A DNA stretch of 64,000 nt from Thermodesulfobacteriota bacterium (GTDB taxonomy: Bacteria > Desulfobacterota > Desulfobulbia > Desulfobulbales > SURF-16): positions 1 through 64,000 of the forward strand of contig JBFMAY010000016.1 of the NCBI GenBank assembly GCA_040755455.1, in the 5' to 3' direction. Numbering within the stretch: the stretch's first letter is position 1; each line of letters begins with the position of its first letter. A program made the translations under genes and the position numbers. This document shows positions 9,044 through 18,902 of this stretch, in pieces. The notes under the pieces are model-generated. The model saw only the letters and a list, made by a program, of their open reading frames with translations. It had not been told where the DNA came from and did no database searches.

Positions 9044-10383
9044 ATGATACAGACTTCCATACTTATCGTTGATGACGACAAAATGACCCGTCAGACGCTG
9101 TCGCTTGCCCTGGAGGACCATTACCAGACCGTCACGGCCAAGGATGGCAAAACGGCCCTGGAGGTGCTGAAGACCCAGGAGATTGATCTTGTTCTTTCCG
9201 ATCTGTTCATGCCCGGCATGAACGGCATTGAACTGCTGGAGCATATCAATGCCCTCCCCGAAAAGCCGGCCGTCATCTTCATAACCGGCCAGGGCTCGGT
9301 GGAGACGGCGGTCCAGGCCATGAAAAACGGCGCCTATGACTATGTCACCAAACCGATCAACATTGACCGACTTACCCTGCTTATTGAAAAAACCCTTGAG
9401 AACAAGAGACTGAAGGAAGAAAATATCCTGCTCAGGAAAAAGATCGAGGAGACCTATCCGGATCTGTCCATGATCGGCAACTCCCCGGCCATGCAGAAGA
9501 TCAAAGACCTGGCCAGACAGGTCGCCGCCACCACCGCCACGGTGCTCATCGAGGGGGAAAGCGGCACGGGCAAGGAACTGGTGACCAACATCATCCATTA
9601 CAACAGCCCGGTTGCCCATGGCCCCTTTGTCAAGGTAAACTGCTCGGCCTTTGCCGAAGGGGTCCTGGAATCCGAGCTTTTCGGTCATGAAAAAGGGGCC
9701 TTCACCGGGGCGGTGGCCACCAAAAAAGGACGCTTCGAGCTGGCCAACGGCGGCACCCTTTTTCTCGATGAAGTCGGCGAGACGCCGCCATCCATTCAGG
9801 TCAAGCTGCTTCGTTTCCTCCAGGAGCAGACCTTTGAACGGGTCGGCGGCACCAGAACCCAGAAAGTTGCGGTGCGCATCATCTCAGCCACCAACAGAAA
9901 CCTTACGGACATGATCAAGCAGGGCACCTTCCGGGAGGATCTCTATTACCGCCTGCGGGTGGTGAAAATAGAGATGCCGTCACTGCGGGATCGCAAAGAG
10001 GATATCCCGGAGCTGGTTGGCAGCTTTCTGAAAAAATTCGCCGACCGGCACGGCAAACAGATCTTCCGGTATCCGATGAGGTCATGGAGCTGATCATGCA
10101 GTATAACTGGCCGGGCAACATCCGCGAACTGATGAACTGCATGGAAAGCTCCGTGGTCATGGCCCGGGGCGACACCATCAACATTGACTGCATTCCCGAA
10201 TATCTCACCTACAGCGGGGGTGAGGGGTCCATGGACGGCAAGGAAGGACTGCTGCAGGAAATGGAGCGTCAGACCATCACAGACGTTCTCCACAAGACAG
10301 GCGGCGACAAGGTCAAGGCCGCCAAGGTGCTGGGAATCGGGCTGCGGACCCTGTATAGGAAGATCGACCAGTGGGGACTATGA
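9044..10383 (+). pseudogene. Sigma54-dependent response regulator (NtrC family), copy 1, frameshifted
   Basis: [11 protein letters not shown] and GAFTGA. One G is missing at ~10068-10069 relative to the paralog (CGGTATCC vs CGGGTATCC), splitting it into ORFs 9044-10093 and 10084-10383. Could be a sequencing error. Confidence 0.8.
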
Positions 10384-12243
10384 TCAGCTGGTGGAGCTGA
10401 CGATGCAAGCCATGCCGTCGGCGCCGGGGGAGGACTTGCCGGATGTGCCCTCTCTTCTTTTCTTGGCGGTGCACTCGTAGATGATCTCCATCTCCTCCTG
10501 GTCAAGGGTCTCATTGACCAGCAGCATATCCGCCAGATAAACAAGAAAATCCTGCTCGGCGGTCAGTATCTTTCTGGCCTCCCGGTAGCAGGATTCAACT
10601 AGGGCTTTCACCTCACTGTCGATGACCTGCCCGGTCTCTTCGCTGTATGCATTTCTACTCATCTGCTCGCCGAGAAAAGCCCCGTCGTCCCGCACATAGG
10701 ACAGGGGACCGATCCTGTCCGTCATGCCCCATTGACACACCATCTTGGTGGCCAGGTCCACGGCCTGACGGAAATCATCTTCCGCGCCGGTGGTCTGCTG
10801 GTTAAGACAGATCTCCTCTGAAACGCGTCCGCCCATGAGAATGGTTATCCGGCTCAACAGATACTCCTTGGTATAGGCGTGCCGGTCGGTGAGCGCCAAC
10901 TGCTGGGTGTGGCCCAGGGCCTTTCCCCTGGGGATAATGGTGATTTTGTGGACAGGGTCTGTTTCCGGCAGAAATTTTGCCAGAATGGCATGGCCGGCCT
11001 CATGGTAGGCCATGGTCCTGCGGTCCTTCTCGCTGATGACCAGCCCTTTTCTTTCAACCCCCATGAGAATGCGGTCCTTGGCGATATCAAAATGTTCCGG
11101 CCTGATGGCGCTGTCACCCTTCCTGCCGGCGATCAATGCCGCCTCGTTCATCAGACTGGCCAGCTCGGCGCCGGTAAAGCCGGGGGTGCTCCTGGCCACC
11201 TTTTCCAGGTTGACACTGTCAGCCAGGGTCATTTTCTGGGCATAAACCTGGAGGATCTGCAGTCTCCCCTTCACATCAGGGGGCAGAATGTTGATCTGCC
11301 GGTCAAAACGGCCCGGACGCAGGAGAGCCGGATCAAGGATATCCGGCCGGTTGGTGGCGGCCAGAATAATGATCGTATCATCGGTGGAGAAGCCATCCAT
11401 TTCCACCAGCAGGGCATTTAAGGTCTGGCCCCTCTCATCCTGTCCGCCGGCGATGTTGCCGGAGCTTCGCCTGCCGCCCACGGCATCGATCTCGTCAATG
11501 AAAACAATGCAGGGGGAATGCTTCTTGGCCTCCTTGAACAGTTCCCGCACCCGGGACGCCCCCACGCCGACGAACATCTCGACGAAATCCGAGCCGCTGA
11601 TGCAGAAAAACGGCACCCCCGCCTCGCCGGCAATGGCCCGGGCAATTAAGGTTTTGCCCGTGCCCGGCGGGCCCTGGAAAAGGATGCCCCGGGGGATGAC
11701 GGCGCCCAGCCTGCTGTATTTCTTCGGCCGCTGCAGAAAATCGATCACCTCCAGCAATTCCTCCTTGGCCTCCGGCACCCCGGCAACATCCCGGAAGGTG
11801 ACCAGGTTGTTCCTCGCCTGCGGGGCAAAACGGGCATGCTTATCTTTCTCCTCCCCTTCCTCATAGCCGACTGCCTGATTACGTAAAATGGAATACCAGA
11901 CAAGCAGAATCAACATGACCGGCACTGCCAGTTCGGCAAGACGCCAGATTCGGCCGGAGTTATCCGTTCCGCTGGTGATGACCACCCCCTTATCCAGCAG
12001 CTTGGGCAGCAACGCCGAAATGTCCGGTGAATAGGTGGCAAACTCCCTCCCAAAGGTATCCTTGAGGTCAATCTCGCTTCCCTGCAGATGCACCTCGGTT
12101 ACTTCATCTTTGTCGAGGATAGTCAGAAATTCGTTGTAGCTGATGGACGGCCGGCGGTTCTCAATATTCCAGAACGCCATGGTCATGCCGCCCACCACGA
12201 GCAACACCACCAGCGCAAATATGGTACGTATGAATAGAGTCAA
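10384..12243 (-). CDS. ftsH: FtsH-family ATP-dependent zinc metalloprotease (paralog)
   Basis: 2 TM, Walker A GPPGTGKT, FVEMFVGVGASRVR, Walker B IDEID, TNRPDILDPALLRPGRFDR, HEAGH. Confidence 0.95.
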   Translation of the reverse strand: MTLFIRTIFALVVLLVVGGMTMAFWNIENRRPSISYNEFLTILDKDEVTEVHLQGSEIDLKDTFGREFATYSPDISALLPKLLDKGVVITSGTDNSGRIWRLAELAVPVMLILLVWYSILRNQAVGYEEGEEKDKHARFAPQARNNLVTFRDVAGVPEAKEELLEVIDFLQRPKKYSRLGAVIPRGILFQGPPGTGKTLIARAIAGEAGVPFFCISGSDFVEMFVGVGASRVRELFKEAKKHSPCIVFIDEIDAVGGRRSSGNIAGGQDERGQTLNALLVEMDGFSTDDTIIILAATNRPDILDPALLRPGRFDRQINILPPDVKGRLQILQVYAQKMTLADSVNLEKVARSTPGFTGAELASLMNEAALIAGRKGDSAIRPEHFDIAKDRILMGVERKGLVISEKDRRTMAYHEAGHAILAKFLPETDPVHKITIIPRGKALGHTQQLALTDRHAYTKEYLLSRITILMGGRVSEEICLNQQTTGAEDDFRQAVDLATKMVCQWGMTDRIGPLSYVRDDGAFLGEQMSRNAYSEETGQVIDSEVKALVESCYREARKILTAEQDFLVYLADMLLVNETLDQEEMEIIYECTAKKRREGTSGKSSPGADGMACIVSSTS

Positions 12244-12472
12244 TGAGACAGGCTCCGTTTTTTGCCTTATGATTTGGTCAGTTAACTGCGCCCTATTATA
12301 ACATATCTCTCAGAAAAACGACGCAAAATGTATCCCTGCTCCCAGCACAGGAGAAGTTGTCATTGCAAAGTCACTCAGTCCTGCTCACGAAAATCCGTTT
12401 TTAACCCCTGCTCAAGGTTCCCATCTAATAGGAGTCATCCTCTCTTTTTAAGACGGTCAATCCCTTTCCGTT

Positions 12473-12506
12473 TGCCAAAATGGCATGGATTTTTGCCATT
12501 TTGGCA
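12473..12506. promoter_or_regulatory. Palindromic enhancer (UAS) pair for a sigma54 activator, copy 1
   Basis: TGCCAAAATGGCA-N8-TGCCATTTTGGCA; the same geometry is conserved in copy 2. Confidence 0.75.
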
Positions 12507-12559
12507 TTACAAACAGTATCATCAGAAACAACAGACCAGAACAACACAAATAATTTGTT

Positions 12560-12575
12560 TGGCACGGATCTGGCA
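12560..12575 (+). promoter_or_regulatory. Sigma54 (-24/-12) promoter, copy 1
   Basis: TGGCACGGATCTGGCA vs consensus TGGCACGNNNNTTGCW; conserved in copy 2. Confidence 0.8.
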
Positions 12576-12644
12576 ATATAAGCCGACAAATGACAATAAG
12601 AACAAATAACAATCTCAACAATCCGAAATAATGGAGGAAAAAAG

Positions 12645-12878
12645 ATGAAAGGCATGATCCCCGAAGCAAAAGTTAACGTTAAGAAAAGAAGCATTCACTG
12701 GACCGCAGAAAACGCTCCCGCCAAAGTTGAGGTTTCCCGGGGTGCAATGTTTACCTTAGGGGCTGTACCAACACTTATCGGCATCTGGGCGGCGGCCTGC
12801 TTCATCGGCGGGCTGGTCAGCGCCGGCGGAACTGTCGAACTTGCCTACGGCTGGTTCAAGGCTATCGCTGGCCTATAA
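12645..12878 (+). CDS. Small Gly/Ala-rich membrane protein; apparent chimera of the two small genes of copy 2
   Basis: GGAGG RBS; IWAAACFIGGLVSAGG hydrophobic core. 5' part matches 22850.., 3' part matches 23279.. Confidence 0.85.
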   Translation: MKGMIPEAKVNVKKRSIHWTAENAPAKVEVSRGAMFTLGAVPTLIGIWAAACFIGGLVSAGGTVELAYGWFKAIAGL

Positions 12879-13143
12879 TGCATGGGAAACATGGCGGCCA
12901 AGGATGCCTAACTTCTCAGCAACTATAATCCGCCGGAAAAAATCTACCAATAAAAGTTAGGAATGTGCTATCCTGGAAAGCACGGAACATGAGAGGTTTT
13001 GTGCTTTCCGGCAAACCTCCCCAATGGGCGGCGTATAAATACATCACATTTCTTCAAACGTTACCAAGGACACATGGTTGGCTCGGAATACCTCACTCAG
13101 GCATCAATCAGACGTAAGCAAAATATAACTGAGGGGTCAACAA

Positions 13144-14616
13144 GTGGATAAACCATCCTCCTCTTTTATCAAGACCGCAGTTAACTGGATATCACGCAGC
13201 AAGCTCTCCGTGCTGGGCGGGATCATCAGCATTGTCCTGGCCCCTGTCCTGCTGGTCTGCGTTCTGCTCGACATCAGAGGAGTTGTTGACAATCCATACT
13301 TCGGCTTTCTCATCTACCTTATCCTCGGTCCTCTGTTTGTTCTGGGCCTCATCCTGCTCGTCATCGGGGCATTCATCTCCCGCGGCAAAGAGGACATCGG
13401 ACTCTTCACCTTTGAATACATCGAGGAACAGCTGACCAGGCCGGGGCGATACAGTCGCATACGGCGCCACATCCTTCTCTCCCTGTTCATCACCCTGGCC
13501 ACCCTTTTTCTCGTGGCACTTGTCTCCTACACGGGATTTCATTACAGCGAATCAACCGCTTTCTGCGGTCAGTCCTGTCACCAGGTCATGGAACCGGCCT
13601 TCGCCACCTACCAGCATTCTCCCCATTCACAGATATCGTGCGTTGAATGCCATATCGGCAAGCATGCCCGCTGGTTGACCAAGGCCAAATTTTCCGGGGC
13701 CAACCAGCTTTTCGCCGTACTCTTCGACAGCTATCCCCGGCCCATCCCGCAACCCATCACCTCCCTGCGCCCGGCACGGGAAACCTGCGAACAATGCCAC
13801 CGGCCGGAAATGTTTCATGGTGACAAACTCTATATCAAGGACCGTTTTCTCCCCGATGAGCACAATACCCATGTCCAGACCGCCCTGCTCATGAAAATCG
13901 GCTCAGGAGGATATCTGGGCAGAAAGGCCCAGGGCATCCACTGGCATGTCTCCGAGGATCATCCGGTCTTCTACAGGTATACCGATCAGGCCCAGGAGGA
14001 TGTTGTCCAGGTCTGGCTGCAGGATAACGGCCGGGAAATCCATTTTTACAAGACATCCGACGCCGGAAAGCAGGAGACAGGCCAGCTGGAAACTGTCCGG
14101 AAAATGGACTGCATGGACTGCCATAACCGCCCCACCCACGTCTTTCGCAGTGCGGATGAAGCCCTTGATGAAAAAATGATCACCGACGCCATCCCACGCG
14201 AGATTCCGTTCATCAAACGCCAGGCCCTGGAGATAATCACCCCGACATACGACTCGGTTGATGCGGCGCTGCAGGCCATCTCCAGGGGGCTGCGGGAGTG
14301 GTACCTCGCCCATTATCCCGATCTGATCAGTCAAGACAGGCCATTACTGGATAAGGCCATTGCTGGCGTGCAGCAGGCATACCTGGAGAATGTGTTCCCG
14401 GCCATGAATATCGGCTGGGACACCTATACTGATTTTATCGGCCACAAGAACGGCAGCGGCTGTTTCCGCTGCCATGACGGACGGCATCGCAGTGAAGACG
14501 GACAGACCATCAGCAATGCCTGTGACAGCTGCCATATCATTCTTGCAGAAAATGAGCCGTCGCCCGATGTATTAAGTCTCCTGCAGCGAGCCCGCAAAGA
14601 CCAGCGCCAACGTTAA
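13144..14616 (+). CDS. ImcH-like inner-membrane multiheme cytochrome c (NapC/NirT N-terminus), subunit A, copy 1
   Basis: 3 TM; CGQSCH(QVM), CVECH, CEQCH, CMDCH, CFRCH, CDSCH; GIHWH motif. Confidence 0.9.
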   Translation: MDKPSSSFIKTAVNWISRSKLSVLGGIISIVLAPVLLVCVLLDIRGVVDNPYFGFLIYLILGPLFVLGLILLVIGAFISRGKEDIGLFTFEYIEEQLTRPGRYSRIRRHILLSLFITLATLFLVALVSYTGFHYSESTAFCGQSCHQVMEPAFATYQHSPHSQISCVECHIGKHARWLTKAKFSGANQLFAVLFDSYPRPIPQPITSLRPARETCEQCHRPEMFHGDKLYIKDRFLPDEHNTHVQTALLMKIGSGGYLGRKAQGIHWHVSEDHPVFYRYTDQAQEDVVQVWLQDNGREIHFYKTSDAGKQETGQLETVRKMDCMDCHNRPTHVFRSADEALDEKMITDAIPREIPFIKRQALEIITPTYDSVDAALQAISRGLREWYLAHYPDLISQDRPLLDKAIAGVQQAYLENVFPAMNIGWDTYTDFIGHKNGSGCFRCHDGRHRSEDGQTISNACDSCHIILAENEPSPDVLSLLQRARKDQRQR

Positions 14617-14656
14617 CGCATATATCATTAATTTTTTCATGAGGGAGTAGTACGCA

Positions 14657-16099
14657 ATGACCAATAACGACCAAAGTGACAACCAGGAGAATGAACCCCA
14701 GGACAATGGAGAGGAGAAAGGCGCCCTGGACCGCTTGCTGCAGAGCCTGTGGCGATCGCCTCTTGGTGTTTTCGGTGTCGGCATCACCACCATCAGCATC
14801 ACCCTGATGATGATCGGCACGATCATCGACATGCTCGGCCTTATCGATAACCCGTATGCAGCACTGGTAACCTATACCATGCTGCCCGCCCTGATGCTGT
14901 TCGGGCTGTTCCTCATCCCGCTGGCCATTTATCTGCAGCGAAGGAAATGGCGCAAATACGGCATCGACCGCGACCAGATCCTGATCAATCTGAGCAATCC
15001 CAAACACCGGCTGGCCCTCATCGGCTTTATCATGCTGTCGGTGGTCAATGTCGCCATCCTGGCCATCATCAGTTACGAGGGATATCACTTCACCGATTCC
15101 GCCTATTTCTGCGGCATGGTCTGCCACCAGGTCATGGAACCGGAATACGTGGCCTATAAGCGTTCAGCCCACTCACGGGTCGCCTGTGTCGAATGCCATA
15201 TCGGTCCCGGGGCCGAATGGTATGCCAAGGCCAAGATTTCCGGACTGCGCCAGGTGGCGGCGGTCATGCGTGATACGTATAACCGGCCGATTCCCGCCCC
15301 GGTGCATGAATTGCGTCCGGCCCGGGATACCTGCGAGCAATGTCATTGGCCGGATAAATTTCACGGCAAAAAAATCAAGCGCCATGTGTCATTCACCAAT
15401 GATAACCAGAAAGACCCTCAGGTCAGCGAAGTTGCCCTGCATATCGGCGGTCATAACCCTGAGACCAATGTATTTGAAGGAATTCACTGGCATGTGAGCC
15501 AGCAGGTTGAGGTGAGCTACCTGGCAGTGGACGAAAAACGGACCCAGATTGCCAAAGTCAAGGTCAAACGGCCGGACGGCACCTCCGACGAGTTTGTCAA
15601 AGGCGATACGGAGGTGCCGGAAAACGGAGAGCAGCAATGGCGGGTCATGGATTGTATTGACTGCCATAACCGGCCAACCCACATCTACAATATGCCCGAG
15701 GAAAGGGTGGATTTCGGCCTGCTCAGCAAAAGGATCAACCCGGAAATCCCCGGTATCCGGGAAGACAGCCTGAAGGTCATTACTAAGGAGTATGCCACAC
15801 GGGACGAGGCCAAGGAATCCATCATCAATGATCTGCTGTTCCTGCAGAAAGAACGCTCCGCCGAGCTGGCGGAAAAATACAAGGGTGATCTCATCAAGGC
15901 CGGCTCCTTCCTGCTGGAGTCCTACTTCGGCAATGTCTGGCCGGAAATGAACGTGCAGTGGGGCACCTACCGGGACCACCTGGGCCACCAGTGGGCCGAT
16001 GACGGTTACGGCTGCTGGCGCTGCCACGATGAACAACATCAGAACAAATACGGAGAGACCATCTCCCAGGATTGCGCTCTCTGCCATGATGAGCCCTGA
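14657..16099 (+). CDS. ImcH-like inner-membrane multiheme cytochrome c, subunit B, copy 1
   Basis: 3 TM; CGMVCH(QVM), CVECH, CEQCH, CIDCH, CWRCH, CALCH; GIHWH motif. Confidence 0.9.
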   Translation: MTNNDQSDNQENEPQDNGEEKGALDRLLQSLWRSPLGVFGVGITTISITLMMIGTIIDMLGLIDNPYAALVTYTMLPALMLFGLFLIPLAIYLQRRKWRKYGIDRDQILINLSNPKHRLALIGFIMLSVVNVAILAIISYEGYHFTDSAYFCGMVCHQVMEPEYVAYKRSAHSRVACVECHIGPGAEWYAKAKISGLRQVAAVMRDTYNRPIPAPVHELRPARDTCEQCHWPDKFHGKKIKRHVSFTNDNQKDPQVSEVALHIGGHNPETNVFEGIHWHVSQQVEVSYLAVDEKRTQIAKVKVKRPDGTSDEFVKGDTEVPENGEQQWRVMDCIDCHNRPTHIYNMPEERVDFGLLSKRINPEIPGIREDSLKVITKEYATRDEAKESIINDLLFLQKERSAELAEKYKGDLIKAGSFLLESYFGNVWPEMNVQWGTYRDHLGHQWADDGYGCWRCHDEQHQNKYGETISQDCALCHDEP

Positions 16100-16130
16100 T
16101 TATTTCTTAGTCCCCTGTTTCTAAAATATT

Positions 16131-16267
16131 GCCAGGCATTGAGCATCGGTGCGCCTCTCACAATCAATTTTCCGCATGAGACGACACCGCGCGACAGCCT
16201 GAACAGAAAACGTTCACCGGCGAAATATTTCTGCAACTCGTTGAAGGGACGCTTCTCAATGCCTGGC
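16131..16267. repeat. 137-bp element bounded by a perfect 13-bp inverted repeat (MITE-like or structured RNA)
   Basis: GCCAGGCATTGAG (16131-16143) and CTCAATGCCTGGC (16255-16267). Confidence 0.55.
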
Positions 16268-16272
16268 CTTAA

Positions 16273-18334
16273 CCAAAGTTTAACATCATAAAAAAAATTC
16301 CCTACATAATCGGTATGTTACTGCTCAAAAAAAGTTGCAGTGGCACTACATTCGCGTATTTTGCTGTCAATTTATCAATTTCCGCACGCCCACCGGATCG
16401 GCTATCAGATCCAGGGCAGTGTAAAGCCGCTGCAGTTTCGGATCGGCAACCGTTGTCTTGCGAACGTGCAAGGTCCGTCCATCACGCTGCTTGAAGGTCG
16501 CGGTGACCCGTTGCTGGGTGGAAAAAACCTCCCGCAGCGTTGTCCAGCTTGCCTTGATGCCCCGGGCTTTGAGTTTTCCCCGCAGAGCCTGGACGGCTTG
16601 ATAAGCAAGCACCGTAATCAACAAATGCCCCTCAGCCCGGTCTTCCTTGCGATGGTAAACCGGGCGCAGCCCCAATTCCGACTTCAGACTGCGGAAGACC
16701 GCCTCCAGGTCGGTCAGCATGGTGTAGGTCCGCCACAGGGTCGCCTCGTCCCAGTTCATCTCGTTGGTACGCAGACAATAGACCCCCGGATGGGTGAGTT
16801 GCGTGCCGGAGACCGGCATCCTCTCCCAGGTCAACGCGACTACCTTGGCGCCGGTTTCATCCGGAGTCAGCTCGATACGATAATGCTGGCCGATCCCGTG
16901 ACTTTGTTCCTGCAGACGTCCTATCCTCGTCAACAGCTTATCCCGTCGCTTTTCGCCTCGCGGCTTCTGCAGACCGGCGGCGAGCTTGGCCAGTCCGCTT
17001 TCAAATTTCTCCATGAAGCGCCTGGTCATGGCGGTTTCCTTCTCCTGCCGCTCCTCGGAATGACAGTACAAGCGCACTTCCCCGCCATCATCGCTGACGA
17101 CCCGCTCAAGGCGGATGGTCTGGTCGGACGCGGTCGAGACCCCCACGGATTGCTCTTCATCAAAATGGCGGCTCCGCTCCCGGCTGACCACCAGGTACCG
17201 GTAGTGATGCTCCACCAGCCAGCTGATATTGGCCTCGGTGGCAATCCCCCCATCCATGATCACCAGCGCCCCAGTCGGCGCCTCAAGCCCCTGCAGCATC
17301 TCTTCCAGAGTGGAGGCCTCGACGACGTTTCCCGCGAACATCCGCGAGCGGCGCACAAAACCGCTGCCGTCCAGCACCAGCCCCAGGGTCACCAGCGGGC
17401 AATCACTTCTTTTTTCCTTCGAATGTCCGCGCCGGGCCTTGGCGTTGCCTGCCATGTCTCCTTCAAAATAGGTGTTGGTCAGATCGTACAGGGTCACGGT
17501 CGCCGGCAAGGCGAACAGAGTATTGATCCGGGAAAACAGCGCTGCCTCTATTGCCTCGCGACGACGAACCAGCAGATCGGAGGCACGATAGAGGTTCATC
17601 AGCGGTATGGCCTCAAAATCAACCTCCAGCAATTCTCCCAGACCGCTACGTTCCTTGAGCCAGCGCCAGGTGGCAAGCTCGCTGCCCGGCGCCGCCATCC
17701 GCCCAATCACGCTGCCGATGGCCGCCGCCTGCTGGTTGCCGTTGAACCCGGCTTCCGCAAGAATGCGTGGCAATTCAAGCCATTCGAGGGCCGCAAGTCC
17801 CGCATGCTCAACCCCAACCGATCGGGGCCGGACCAGTTGCAGGGAGGCGACATCCACTTCATGGTAATCCGCACCCGCTGTCTCGTTGGATGACCTTACG
17901 GGTTGCCGGCCGGCGATCAGACGGGCCGCATAGCGCTGGGCCAGGGTTTCAACTTCGGATGACACCGTCAGCAAGGTTGTCTGCCCGGCCAGAATCGCCT
18001 CGATCCGGGCACACAGCTGTGGCCATTGTTCGCGAGGCAAGGAAAAATTTCTCCCCAGATTCAGCAGGGTCTGCTGCCGCACCTTGCCGCCGATTCTTTC
18101 CGAGGCAACCAGTCGGAAGGTGAAATAGGGTTCCCCTGCTGCCGCGTTGCTGGTTTTTGTCTGTCGAATGAACATGAATGATCATTGACAGTTTTTTGCG
18201 AAAAAGCCAATACGTCTTAAAAATTTTATGGCACTACAAGCCGCCTCTAACAAAACCACTATTGATATTATTAGATTTTTTGAAGCAAAATGAAGCAAAA
18301 ATCGTTAAAATTCCTTGTATGCGTTAAGCTTGGG
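16273..18334 (-). mobile_element. IS1634-family insertion sequence
   Basis: Imperfect TIRs CCAAAGTTTAAC and GTTAAGCTTGGG, flanked by TTAA at 16269-16272 and 18335-18338; contains the transposase. Confidence 0.85.
16367..18175 (-). CDS. IS1634-family DDE transposase
   Basis: MFIRQTKT...RQQTLLNLG N-terminus, LYDLTNTYFEG, GHSKEKRSDC, VIMDGGI, LEAVFRSLKSELGLRPVYH. Confidence 0.93.
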   Translation of the reverse strand: MFIRQTKTSNAAAGEPYFTFRLVASERIGGKVRQQTLLNLGRNFSLPREQWPQLCARIEAILAGQTTLLTVSSEVETLAQRYAARLIAGRQPVRSSNETAGADYHEVDVASLQLVRPRSVGVEHAGLAALEWLELPRILAEAGFNGNQQAAAIGSVIGRMAAPGSELATWRWLKERSGLGELLEVDFEAIPLMNLYRASDLLVRRREAIEAALFSRINTLFALPATVTLYDLTNTYFEGDMAGNAKARRGHSKEKRSDCPLVTLGLVLDGSGFVRRSRMFAGNVVEASTLEEMLQGLEAPTGALVIMDGGIATEANISWLVEHHYRYLVVSRERSRHFDEEQSVGVSTASDQTIRLERVVSDDGGEVRLYCHSEERQEKETAMTRRFMEKFESGLAKLAAGLQKPRGEKRRDKLLTRIGRLQEQSHGIGQHYRIELTPDETGAKVVALTWERMPVSGTQLTHPGVYCLRTNEMNWDEATLWRTYTMLTDLEAVFRSLKSELGLRPVYHRKEDRAEGHLLITVLAYQAVQALRGKLKARGIKASWTTLREVFSTQQRVTATFKQRDGRTLHVRKTTVADPKLQRLYTALDLIADPVGVRKLIN

Positions 18335-18902
18335 TTAATACCCGGACGCTGAGGGACTCGGCAGGGATTTTTAGGAGTTCTTCCATCGAGACCATCGCTT
18401 CCAGGCATGGGGTGATGATTTTCGTCACCCTGCATATATGTCATTAACCCGATTGACAAAATAACCTTAAAACCAATTCCCAACAAAAACATACACCACC
18501 AAGAACAAGCTCAACCACCTCATTCCTAAGGCGTTTTTTCAAGCCACTCACATCCTATCCATCTAATTAACCAAGAAAAACAAACAGCACATTGAGAATG
18601 TTAGTTTCAGCAAAGATAACTCTGGGAAATCAAAATCACTGGACGCAGATAATACATTGTGCTATTTAATAACGCTTTTATAGGCTGCGTTGAGTTTGTC
18701 ATTAGGTCTCCAACTGGAGAACAATTGACAAAAACCTCAATGGGACAAGGAGTTGATTGCCTGTCCAGGCCCGATAAATCATGTTGCCATGATGCAGCAA
18801 CGACAAGTAATTCGCTAAACTAAACAACATGCACATAACCAACGGGCTGACGGGCAGAAAATTGAAAAATACTTCGCTTTGCTACTAAAGCATTAATCAC
18901 AA

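Larger units (their letters stand above)
7442..16099. repeat. Segmental duplicate, copy 1 (HK, sigma54 RR, ftsH, small membrane protein, two multiheme cytochromes)
   Basis: Gene-by-gene colinear with 18903-26574, with clear nucleotide and protein similarity. Confidence 0.95.

Noticed and set aside
10084..10383. Separate 99-aa Fis-like protein
   Set aside because: It is the out-of-frame C-terminus of the copy-1 sigma54 activator, as shown by the intact paralog.
16340..17893. 517-aa plus-strand ORF
   Set aside because: Antisense shadow of the IS1634 transposase, with no recognisable motifs; long shadow ORFs are expected in GC-rich coding DNA.
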